This document shows positions 7,085-15,094 of a stretch of DNA of 17,550 nt, piece after piece (the stretch's first letter is position 1; each line of letters begins with the position of its first letter). Made by a program: the position numbers and the translations under genes. The notes below the pieces were generated by a model. That model saw nothing but the letters and a program-made list of their open reading frames with translations, searched no databases and was not told where the DNA came from. Source of the stretch: Candidatus Thorarchaeota archaeon (lineage in GTDB: Archaea > Asgardarchaeota > Thorarchaeia > Thorarchaeales > Thorarchaeaceae); contig JBHLRZ010000048.1 in NCBI GenBank assembly GCA_048882045.1, positions 1-17,550 of the forward strand. Direction: 5' to 3'.

Positions 7085-8728
7085 CTACCTATACGCATCG
7101 AGAAAGGTCTGCACAAATAGTTCTTTCATACTTTTCTTCTCAGCCCTTTCTTTTGGAACCTGCGAAAGCAATCGCTTACTGTACGAACTGGCCCCAATCC
7201 TTGGATCGTCATCAATCTTTGAAACGTATTCCAGAGCCTTGACAAGTTCATCATCAAAGGGCTGTTGGAGATGTTGATTCACAAGCTGAAGACTGTCCAA
7301 AATTCGCCTTGTCAAAGTGTTCTCCCAATGGGTCCAGCGGTGGGTGGAACCATAGCTGCTTCTTCTTCGTTTCCAACTCTGAAACCGTCTTCCATGCTTC
7401 ATGATCTGTTTGGCAAAGTATTGATGGACTCCCTCGTTTTTGCCAATGCCTCGGATGGTCATCATCTTGCTGAAGACCCTTCTCGATGGCCTGTCAGTAC
7501 CAATACGTGTGATCACTGTGGGTGCATTCTTTCTGATTGCCGCAAGTCCTTCACGACCTTGATTCATCAGCGCCAACACACTGGCTCTGACAACTGGTCT
7601 ACTACTGTGGGTTAGATATGGTGAGATGATGTCTACGAGTCCAGTACTCTCCTGTCTGGCTATGGCTCTAATCGCAGCCGCCTTGACTGTGTTTCCGGCC
7701 TCTTTCAATACCTCAACGAGAGTTTCTCTACAGGTCGGTGAGTAGATTCTTCCTATTGCCTCAACAGCTACCTCTGACTCCTTTGTGACATAACGTCTTT
7801 CACTGAGCTTGGCTCTCTCCTTTAGGAGGTCAATGGAGGATGCATGCCCTACATAGCCAAGTGCCTCGACGATGCTCATCCTCACTCTGCTGTTCTCCTC
7901 TATACCGAGTCTATGGTTGAGGAATGGAAGCGTCCTCGAGTCTTCTGTTCTCCCCAGTTGGTATGCGGCACTGCTTCGGTTCCCAGGCCTCTTGTAGAAC
8001 GAGAGACGGACAGCATTGGCCAGAATGTCAGCTGTTTTCTTCGTGCATCGATCCTTGAAGATACGACTGCTTCCTAAGGTCTTGTAGGTCTTGTCCATGT
8101 CTACTGACTCTGCAAGCTCGCCGGTGAGTTGCTTTATCGCATTGACTGCAGAGTCCGTCAAGCTCTCATCAAGCCAGGTCCTCCTTCTCCGATATCGGTA
8201 ACCATACGTTGAGATCTGGGACTCCATGTATGTTGAGCCCTCGATCATGAGAATGGAGAATCCATAGAATGTTCCAAGCACATCAATCCTCGATGGGTTG
8301 GGTCCCAGCTGTTCAAGCTCGCGCTTTCGAGCCTCGATGACATCCTTCACTAGGATCGCATATGGTGTGAGGGCCATAGCATCCACATCTAGGAAGTAGG
8401 TATGCTTGCCTGAAATCTGTGTCCTGAGAATCTCTATGGCTTTGTCACGAGCCTGTGCTCTGATCTGAGGGAGTGTAGTTCCCTCTAGGTTCTTGAACTC
8501 CCTGAAGATGTCCGAGTCGGTCCCACCCACGGTCTCTAGCTGCAAGAGGTTTACCAATGCGTCGCGGGCCTTTCCCCCTGCATGTGACCGACGGTCATAA
8601 TCAATATCATCGAGAAGCCTCCTCCAATCACCGGTTTCGATGTATTCCTTGGTCTGTTCCTCCAGTTCGGAGTACATTCTCCTCTGTACAAGTTCAGAAA
8701 TTGCTGTATTGCCCATCATAACTCCCAT
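7085..8728 (-). CDS. HEAT-repeat (PBS-lyase-like repeat) domain protein
   Basis: 547-aa ORF. Tandem HEAT-like units: RSSAAYQLGRTEDSRTLPFL, VRMSIVEALGYVGHASSIDLL, AVEAIGRI, VKAAAIRAIAR, VVRASVLAL. The start could instead be ATG 8719 or 8716. Confidence 0.8.
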   Translation of the reverse strand: MGVMMGNTAISELVQRRMYSELEEQTKEYIETGDWRRLLDDIDYDRRSHAGGKARDALVNLLQLETVGGTDSDIFREFKNLEGTTLPQIRAQARDKAIEILRTQISGKHTYFLDVDAMALTPYAILVKDVIEARKRELEQLGPNPSRIDVLGTFYGFSILMIEGSTYMESQISTYGYRYRRRRTWLDESLTDSAVNAIKQLTGELAESVDMDKTYKTLGSSRIFKDRCTKKTADILANAVRLSFYKRPGNRSSAAYQLGRTEDSRTLPFLNHRLGIEENSRVRMSIVEALGYVGHASSIDLLKERAKLSERRYVTKESEVAVEAIGRIYSPTCRETLVEVLKEAGNTVKAAAIRAIARQESTGLVDIISPYLTHSSRPVVRASVLALMNQGREGLAAIRKNAPTVITRIGTDRPSRRVFSKMMTIRGIGKNEGVHQYFAKQIMKHGRRFQSWKRRRSSYGSTHRWTHWENTLTRRILDSLQLVNQHLQQPFDDELVKALEYVSKIDDDPRIGASSYSKRLLSQVPKERAEKKSMKELFVQTFLDAYR

Positions 8729-8747
8729 GTATTGTGTCCGGCTAGGG

Positions 8748-8755
8748 TATATTAA
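8748..8755 (-). promoter_or_regulatory. Possible TATA box for the HEAT gene
   Basis: TTAATATA on the minus strand, 20-30 nt upstream of the candidate ATGs, within a 49-nt intergenic gap. Confidence 0.35.
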
Positions 8756-8777
8756 CCGCTACGAATTTGGAATATTT

Positions 8778-9545
8778 CTATAAACTCTGAAGGAACTCTA
8801 TAGTGCACGCAAACAGATTGTCCTTGAATCTGTCATCGCTCATGATTGCGTGAGGTGCTCCTTCAACAATGACTAACTGCTTGTTCTCGGAGGCTATACC
8901 ATCAAAGATCTTCTGAGCGCTATCTCGAGAGACTCCATCATCATTTGTACCTTGAATGATGAGTGCTGGGCAGGTCACGTCTTTGAGTGACCTCTTCAGG
9001 CGCGCTAGAATCTCACGTATAATGAAACCTATGTTGGTTGGTATCCACTCGTATCCTACCCACCCCTTATCTCGCACAGATTTAGGAGCAAGCGATTGGT
9101 GTCGCTCAGGGATGGCTCGTTTCATGAGTGGAATCCTTCCTATGATTGGGAGTAGGGAAAACAGCCTGTTCTTGACATTGTATACTGCTGCCCACGTCAC
9201 GATGCCATTGACCTCGGGTCTCTCTGATGCTGCAAGTAGAGTAAGAACACCTCCTACACTGTGGCCAACAATGAACACGCGCTCACAGGTCTCTAGAAGC
9301 CGGTCGAGTCCCGAGTACACATCATTGAGCCAGTCATCTTCGGTGATGTCAAGCAGGTCTTCTGGTCTGGTCCCGAATCCAGTGAGAGATGGCAACCACA
9401 CGGTCATTCCAGTCTGTTCATGCAGTATATTCGCAAACTCCTTCTCGTCCCAAGCCGACCCGCCTCCTGCACCATGGAGGATAAGACAGCCTCTCATATT
9501 GCCTTCGATGAAGAGTGGCTCTGCTCCAGGGAGATACTTGGTCAC
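8778..9545 (-). CDS. Alpha/beta-hydrolase, carboxylesterase / monoacylglycerol-lipase-like (Est30/YvaK type)
   Basis: GAEPLF N-terminus, LILHG oxyanion region, GHSVGG nucleophile elbow, LIIQGTNDDGV (Asp) and APHAI (His). The GTG start overlaps the MFS stop (GTGA), with GAGGAG upstream. Confidence 0.88.
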   Translation of the reverse strand: MTKYLPGAEPLFIEGNMRGCLILHGAGGGSAWDEKEFANILHEQTGMTVWLPSLTGFGTRPEDLLDITEDDWLNDVYSGLDRLLETCERVFIVGHSVGGVLTLLAASERPEVNGIVTWAAVYNVKNRLFSLLPIIGRIPLMKRAIPERHQSLAPKSVRDKGWVGYEWIPTNIGFIIREILARLKRSLKDVTCPALIIQGTNDDGVSRDSAQKIFDGIASENKQLVIVEGAPHAIMSDDRFKDNLFACTIEFLQSL

Positions 9546-10897
9546 GTCTCCTCACTGCCTCCGTGTTCCTGTTTGAGTGCTTCGAAGTCTGGATCAATAT
9601 CGATGTAGCGAAGGATAAAGGCGGCTATCAAAAGGAACGGAGCAAACACTGGTCCCCACCACATGAGGCCGGTCAGTTCTTCTCCCGTCAGAATGACAGA
9701 GAACTGCATCAGTGCTCCCAGCAGGAGACTTGAGGCTGCCTGGAACATGTTCAGGGGTACACCTATGAACCCGGTATATATTCCCGCCCGACTCTCTCCT
9801 GTGACAATCTCATCGACCTGTGCTATATCTGCTGGAACAACATAGCTCATGAGATAGTAGATCGACATGCCTGCTCCTATGGGGACGAAGAACAGCACTG
9901 CAGCCAGAGTGAATCCGACAACCTCACCGACGTTTCGAAGTACAGCAGAAAGGGGTGTGAACAGAGCAAGCAACACCAGTCCGATGATCAGAGACCGCCT
10001 TTTTCCCAGTTTCCTGATTCCAGTCAGCCAGAGATAAAAGAATACAATTGTAGATCCCAACATGGCGAGGGCTGCTGGCGCGAGTTGCATGATATCATTG
10101 AGGAACATCACCTGTTGGAGAAATCCCACCAGAGACTGGTTTATTGCAATCAGCGTGAACGATAGAAAGCCAACTACCAGTGTCCATCCCACAAATGTGC
10201 GATTTCCAACAGCAACTTTGGTCTCCTCTCTCAGACTGCGTGCAATGGGTTCGATGCCTGGTTTCGCTCGTATCACGGTCATCGATGGGAGCATGAAGAG
10301 GAGAGTGATGAAACAGAAGAGCAGGAGAAGGTTGAGACCTGTGGGACTCAACTGTTCTGGAGGTCCTGCAATGAACAACAGGGGAGTCATGAAACCCAGG
10401 ATGCCTCCGGATGAGTCAGCTGCGAAGTTGAAGGTGTTCATGAATCCTGAAACAAGGGGTCTCTCGGTCTCGTCTGTTATCTCTGGCAACCATGCCTGAT
10501 GTGCGGTCATCACAAAGGCATAGAAGAACTTGAAGAGGCACAGGAGGACAATGTAGTAGCCAAACACACTTAGCTCGAGGGCTGGATTTGCTGTGTCGAT
10601 AAACCAGTTGGGCACAAATAGAAAGAATGCCGATATCACTATACCCGGGGTACCGAGAATGACAAAGGGTCGTCTTCTACCCCATCTGCTTTGCATCGTA
10701 TCACTATAATAACCGGAGAACCAGTGGGTCAGTCCAATTACTATGTACGACGCTGCCAGTGAGATGCCGTTCAGGAACCAGTTCAGCTGGAAGCTCGTGC
10801 CATACACGTAGAAGACAGTCATGGTGATCATGGTCATCAGGAAGGATGGTCCGAACCTTCCCATCGAGTATCCCAGTTTCTTCGGTAGAGACAGCAT
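9542..10897 (-). CDS. MFS transporter, GPH/MelB-like (MFS_2) family
   Basis: About 12 hydrophobic segments. Family signature GYYSDTMQSRWGRRRPF, plus AWLPEITDETER and ADIAQVDEIVTGESRAGIY. Confidence 0.88.
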   Translation of the reverse strand: MLSLPKKLGYSMGRFGPSFLMTMITMTVFYVYGTSFQLNWFLNGISLAASYIVIGLTHWFSGYYSDTMQSRWGRRRPFVILGTPGIVISAFFLFVPNWFIDTANPALELSVFGYYIVLLCLFKFFYAFVMTAHQAWLPEITDETERPLVSGFMNTFNFAADSSGGILGFMTPLLFIAGPPEQLSPTGLNLLLLFCFITLLFMLPSMTVIRAKPGIEPIARSLREETKVAVGNRTFVGWTLVVGFLSFTLIAINQSLVGFLQQVMFLNDIMQLAPAALAMLGSTIVFFYLWLTGIRKLGKRRSLIIGLVLLALFTPLSAVLRNVGEVVGFTLAAVLFFVPIGAGMSIYYLMSYVVPADIAQVDEIVTGESRAGIYTGFIGVPLNMFQAASSLLLGALMQFSVILTGEELTGLMWWGPVFAPFLLIAAFILRYIDIDPDFEALKQEHGGSEET

Positions 10898-11063
10898 TAT
10901 TATCGTCGCTACCTATTCAGGTCCTACTATTGAGCTTGCTGCTTCTTCAGTAGAAGTTTGGAACACGTGTTCTAAGATATTACTCAAAGGGCGGGGAAGC
11001 CCATGTCCTTCAGAATGAGAATTCCTATATCCCTTCAGGAGTAATCAGACCTGTGAGGAGAAA

Positions 11064-11591
11064 TTGAAGGAAAGTAGCGATTCACCTACAATCTACATTT
11101 CTGGGGACTCCTCCAAGGTGGCTACATGCAAATGGTGTGGGTCAGTTGAGAGTGATGACTGGAAACTGGGTCGTGGAGCGTATTGCTCACGGGAATGTAA
11201 TTATGCTGATCGGTCAGAGAGCTACCTGGTTAGCATTCTATGTTGGGTTCCTCTTTTCTCTTTGGTTATAATCTTCGCAATGCCCTCACTAAGCATCACC
11301 TCATTCGCCATAGCGTTGGCAATATCTTTTGTACTCCTTGGATGTCCCTCCATGCTCTTCGGTTTTGCAGGAAGGGCATACAGAAAGGAAATCCCTAAGG
11401 GGTCTCGGAAAACTGAGGGTAGAGTATCTGAGTTGGCTCTCCTGAGGTCAGTGACGTCGAGTGTTTCATGCCCCACATGTGATGCGAGTATAGACCTTTC
11501 AGATATCAGAGAGGATAAACTATACCACTGTGATTATTGTGGGGCTTCGGGGATTGTTGAACTACTCAAGACTGAGAAACGAGTCAGATGA
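11064..11591 (+). CDS. Two-TM membrane protein with N- and C-terminal zinc-binding motifs
   Basis: TTG start with GTGAGGAG upstream. CKWC-x15-CSREC (TRASH/treble-clef-like), two TM helices, then CPTC-x16-CDYC. Confidence 0.8.
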   Translation: MKESSDSPTIYISGDSSKVATCKWCGSVESDDWKLGRGAYCSRECNYADRSESYLVSILCWVPLFSLVIIFAMPSLSITSFAIALAISFVLLGCPSMLFGFAGRAYRKEIPKGSRKTEGRVSELALLRSVTSSVSCPTCDASIDLSDIREDKLYHCDYCGASGIVELLKTEKRVR

Positions 11592-11653
11592 AATTAAGCA
11601 TCTCCTCTGTACTGTTGACCTCTGACAAGCTTTTGAAGTGGTCAATGGAGGTG

Positions 11654-11730
11654 TTCTCTAAGTTAGCTTATGCTCCCTTTTGAGAAGAACGAGACCAGAT
11701 ATCTATCAGGGTCTCTAGAGGTGAACTCCC
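11654..11730. repeat. Imperfect direct repeat, copy A (matches 13734-13810)
   Basis: CTAAGTTAGCTTA(t/c)GCTCCCTTTTGAGAAGAACGAGA...GTGAACTCCC is present at both loci. Confidence 0.9.
11663..11730 (-). pseudogene. Remnant of the 3' end of a VOC-family gene (paralog of 13743..14126)
   Basis: Translates as EFTSRDPDRYLVSFFSKGSIS* versus EFTFKDPDGYLISFFSKGSVS* in the intact gene. An in-frame TAA lies three codons upstream of the E, and there is no start codon. Confidence 0.85.
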
Positions 11731-11822
11731 CAAGTTATACGCAGACATCTAGTTATGATATATGTGAGAACCATAGGTGCTCCGCTAAGGATGCTGACCT
11801 CTGCTGTCTTTATCATTCTCTA

Positions 11823-12191
11823 TTAGGGATGAGTCATGTACGCGTACAGGTACAGAATGAAGAAGATGACACACAGTGAGAGATAGAGCCCTACAGCCAT
11901 GATAGGTAGGGTAGCGTCTACAGCCATCATCCAGACAAACGCGATGGAAGCAAACAGGCACCAGACTATGTCTGCAATCACGATTATCTTCACTTCACTC
12001 CAGTCTGTCGCTCTGTACCCAAAGAATGAGGCAAATCCATATCCTAGGAACATAGCGCCTATCACCCGTCCTGCCACTGGGTCCAGATACGGCCAAGCAG
12101 TCATTGTTGAAATATATTCAGGACTCAGGAAGAAGCTAATCCCGAAGATCAAACAAACGATGAAGTGAATCAGGAATATGTACTTCAGCAT
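11823..12191 (-). CDS. Small 4-TM integral membrane protein of unknown function (122 aa)
   Basis: ATG at 12191 (MLKYIFLIH...) is preferred over the TTG at 12239, which lies within the repeat/hairpin. Four hydrophobic helices; motif PE..WPYLDPVAGRVIGA. Confidence 0.75.
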   Translation of the reverse strand: MLKYIFLIHFIVCLIFGISFFLSPEYISTMTAWPYLDPVAGRVIGAMFLGYGFASFFGYRATDWSEVKIIVIADIVWCLFASIAFVWMMAVDATLPIMAVGLYLSLCVIFFILYLYAYMTHP

Positions 12192-12237
12192 GTTAGATAT
12201 CGTCAACCACGAACACCTCTCTACTTCGATCACGGTC

Positions 12238-12296
12238 AATCGAAGTGTCGTTTGATAGGATTACAGTCTGCTAAATGCGTTCGTTTGGTTAGCTAA
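12238..12296. repeat. Imperfect direct repeat, copy B (matches 13706-13750)
   Basis: AATCGAAGTgtCGTT...GTCTGCTAAATGcgTTCG....GTTAGCT versus AATCGAAGTCGTTgGTCTGCTAAATGgaTTCG....GTTAGCT. Confidence 0.8.
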
Positions 12297-12318
12297 TGAA
12301 CGAATTTTCATAGGTTTT

Positions 12319-13677
12319 ATGTTGAAAGGAGTTCCATATATCACCAATCGTAAGGAGATGAGGGATCTGGAACGATTTTCTGATGCACTCTCCAAGATGT
12401 ATGCAATACTTCTTGCTGGTTGTCTATTTGTGAGTCAGGTAGGAGCTGTGCCCTTCTCATTAGCTGCTGATGATCTTAGTTTGGAAGGACCCAACAACCT
12501 CTGGGTGGAAATCTACAATTATACCAGTGTTTTGGATCACATCGATATCAGTCGAACCGAAGGTGGCTACATCATTAGTGGGCTATATTACAACTATAGC
12601 AGTTCCGATCCCTATCGGGGAATAATCATTGAAGTTTCTTCAAACGGATCTGTTTTGCTTCAGGAATATCTAGGGGGAGGAAATTATGATGAGATTCAAT
12701 CAATAGTACAATGCAGTAATGGGGACTTTGTGATAGTTGGGAACACCGAGAGCTTTGGTGCTAATGAAACAGGTGACCCTTTGCCCAAACTATGGCTTGT
12801 GAGACTCTCTAACAACGGGAGCATTATCTGGAATAAGTGGTATGATAATATCTATGGGGGCTCTTCACTTGCAGAATGTCAAGATGGGAGTTTCATAATA
12901 TCTTCTGCAACTCCTCATCTCGTTCATGTTGACGAAAATGGATCGCTCTTATGGTCCAAATCATATCAGGATTGGGACATCTCAGAGGCAAGAAGCGTAG
13001 TCGAATGTACGGATGGTGGGTTTGCCTTTGCTGGTATCGTGTGGACAATGACAACATCTGATGTTGAATCTTGGGCGTGGCTTGTTCGTACGGACTCTGA
13101 TGGGACCATGCTCTGGAATCAGACATACGATGGTTCTGCAGATTCATTGATCCAATGCAGTGATGGTGGCTTCGCAATTGCAGGGGAATCGGAAGATTGG
13201 ACTCCCCAGTTGCTCAGGACCAATGAGGACGGCGACCTGCTCTGGGCCAAGACATACGCTAGTGCTTATGTCCCTGGACGTGCTCACTCTGTTGTACAGT
13301 GTTCCGATGGTGGTTTTGGAATCGCTGGCTCTATTGATGAGAGTTGGAGTTCCCTGGTTTCAGACGCCTTATTTCTAAGGACTGATGAAGAAGGCAATGA
13401 GCTTTGGCGTAGCATCTGCTCAAGCTCTGAAGAAGACTATGCTAGTTCTTTAGTGTTAAGTAATGATGGGTTTGCAGTTGTAGGTACAACTCTTCAGGAC
13501 GACTTTTCTTCCAAAGCATTTCTTTGGGTTCTCACTGATTACTATGTTCCACCAACACCCACAAACGGAGGCCCTCTTCTGGGTGTCACAGTGATAGTAT
13601 CCTTGGGTATCTGCACTCTGTTTGCGATAATTATCTGGAATCAAAAGAAGAAGGTTGATTACTCGCCCGAATTGTGA
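12319..13677 (+). CDS. Secreted, membrane-anchored beta-propeller repeat protein
   Basis: Signal-like segment (MYAILLAGCLFVSQVGA); the true start is possibly ATG 12358. About 7 repeats of Sxx(Q/E)CxDGGFxxxG...WLVRTDxxGxxLWxxxY, then a PPTPT linker, a TM helix and a KKK tail. Confidence 0.82.
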   Translation: MLKGVPYITNRKEMRDLERFSDALSKMYAILLAGCLFVSQVGAVPFSLAADDLSLEGPNNLWVEIYNYTSVLDHIDISRTEGGYIISGLYYNYSSSDPYRGIIIEVSSNGSVLLQEYLGGGNYDEIQSIVQCSNGDFVIVGNTESFGANETGDPLPKLWLVRLSNNGSIIWNKWYDNIYGGSSLAECQDGSFIISSATPHLVHVDENGSLLWSKSYQDWDISEARSVVECTDGGFAFAGIVWTMTTSDVESWAWLVRTDSDGTMLWNQTYDGSADSLIQCSDGGFAIAGESEDWTPQLLRTNEDGDLLWAKTYASAYVPGRAHSVVQCSDGGFGIAGSIDESWSSLVSDALFLRTDEEGNELWRSICSSSEEDYASSLVLSNDGFAVVGTTLQDDFSSKAFLWVLTDYYVPPTPTNGGPLLGVTVIVSLGICTLFAIIIWNQKKKVDYSPEL

Positions 13678-13700
13678 CCTATCGCTCAAATGTCTACATC

Positions 13701-13810
13701 TAGCTAATCGAAGTCGTTGGTCTGCTAAATGGATTCGCTAAGTTAGCTTACGCTCCCTTTTGAGAAGAACGAGATTAGGTAGCCATCTGGATCTTTGAAC
13801 GTGAACTCCC
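13701..13810. repeat. Repeat copy C: combines elements A and B, with an imperfect palindrome at 13701-13748
   Basis: TAGCTAA-T-CGAA...TTCG-ctaag-TTAGCT lies between two convergent genes and overlaps the VOC stop codon. Confidence 0.75.
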
Positions 13811-14126
13811 TGTCCCCCCATGGTTTGTTCTCAATATCATCAATTATGTCCACTTCATTTCGATATCTCTCATATATCCTGTCCACATCTGGGACTCGAA
13901 TATAGAACTGCACTCCAGAACCGTCGACTCCTCGTGGATGCAGCTTGTGATGGATGTCTGAGAATGTCTTTCCAATCCCAAACAGGTCATCTCCGATGCG
14001 GATGCAGACCCAGGTGGGATTCTCGCTGTCGGGATAGTATTCGTCAACTTCAAACCCCAAGGTATCCCGATAGAATTCAATTGATCTCTCAAGATCTGCG
14101 GTGTATATCATAGGTTCCAATCTCAT
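13743..14126 (-). CDS. VOC family (glyoxalase / bleomycin-resistance-like) protein
   Basis: DLERSIEFYRDTLGF, FYIRVPDVD and PWGDREFTFKDPDGYLISF signatures. ATG 14126 has AGGTGG 5 nt upstream and lies 1 nt after the upstream gene's stop. Confidence 0.9.
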   Translation of the reverse strand: MRLEPMIYTADLERSIEFYRDTLGFEVDEYYPDSENPTWVCIRIGDDLFGIGKTFSDIHHKLHPRGVDGSGVQFYIRVPDVDRIYERYRNEVDIIDDIENKPWGDREFTFKDPDGYLISFFSKGSVS

Positions 14127-14127
14127 T

Positions 14128-14994
14128 TCAACCACCTTTTCCCCGATGTTGAGAATATCTCCACCCTGTCACTATGATTGCCAGTCCCATAGTGACCATT
14201 GCGAGCCAGACAGGTAATGACCCAAAAGACAAGACCCCAGCTGCGATACCATGAGTTGTCTGAAAGATGAACAAGTAAAGGTAAGGCACCAGGACTAGAC
14301 CATTCATCGTGTCTGTGACCTTCTCACTGGTCGATTGGATTGGCATTCGAGCTTTGTATCTATAGAGGTCAAAGAGTAGTACTGTCAAGACGCTCGTCAA
14401 GAACCACCCGAGGAAGTTTGACAATGGAATTCCATCTAGGCTCAGTCCAAGAAACTCAGTTGGATCGGTCCAGACCCAACTACCAAGCCCGACCATATAG
14501 GGGTCGTTGATCAGGTCCCATGAAACCATGAATAGACCGGTGATAACCGAGGTGACTATCATCCGAGGAACCATCAGAGAGAAGTTTGAAATTTCAGCTT
14601 CATCCACCGAATCATCACTCCTGGTGAGAATGATGTTCGTCATCAAATAACAGACATAGAGTACATTGAACCACTGAACGGGAATGACGACTGGCACATC
14701 CAAGATCAGTGGCCCGAGTTGGTTTGTGTAGTAATAATGACCAAAGGGAATGCCATAATGGGTGCCAAGCCACTCCATGACATAGGTCACCAATGCTGTG
14801 ACTCCAAATAAGACAGAGATCGCCTTTCCTCCTATTGTCTGAAAGCCATGGGTGAAACTGAAGCCAAAGAAGAACGTAACGTACAGGGTGAGCATTATGA
14901 TCATCATATACAATGGCGGATTCAGGAAGACAGACATGGACACACCAATCATGAGAATGAGGAAAATAATGGGAGCGCCAGTACCTCGGTTCAT
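14128..14994 (-). CDS. CruF-like membrane protein (carotenoid biosynthesis / 1,2-hydratase family, Caroten_synth)
   Basis: EWLGTHYGIPFGHYYYT, LGPLILDVPVVIPVQW, WDLINDP, WVW and GIPLSNFLGW match recalled family motifs. Multi-TM protein. Confidence 0.82.
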   Translation of the reverse strand: MNRGTGAPIIFLILMIGVSMSVFLNPPLYMMIIMLTLYVTFFFGFSFTHGFQTIGGKAISVLFGVTALVTYVMEWLGTHYGIPFGHYYYTNQLGPLILDVPVVIPVQWFNVLYVCYLMTNIILTRSDDSVDEAEISNFSLMVPRMIVTSVITGLFMVSWDLINDPYMVGLGSWVWTDPTEFLGLSLDGIPLSNFLGWFLTSVLTVLLFDLYRYKARMPIQSTSEKVTDTMNGLVLVPYLYLFIFQTTHGIAAGVLSFGSLPVWLAMVTMGLAIIVTGWRYSQHRGKGG

Positions 14995-15094
14995 TGCGTT
15001 TTACCCCCTATGGTATGTACTGCCATTTCCAAGGACTCCACTTCAATATCTTCTTTTTGAACTCAGTCCACAGAAAAGAACCTCATCATATTCT

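Noticed and set aside
8956-10499. Plus-strand ORFs of 206 and 145 aa
   Set aside because: Antisense shadows of the esterase and MFS genes, with no motifs.
11670-11879. 69-aa plus-strand ORF
   Set aside because: It starts inside the antisense of the VOC remnant, overlaps the end of the 4-TM gene, and has no recognisable features.
11654-13810. CRISPR array or IS element
   Set aside because: The repeats are only three degenerate copies spaced 0.6-1.5 kb apart; there is no cas gene or transposase and no terminal inverted repeats around the segment.
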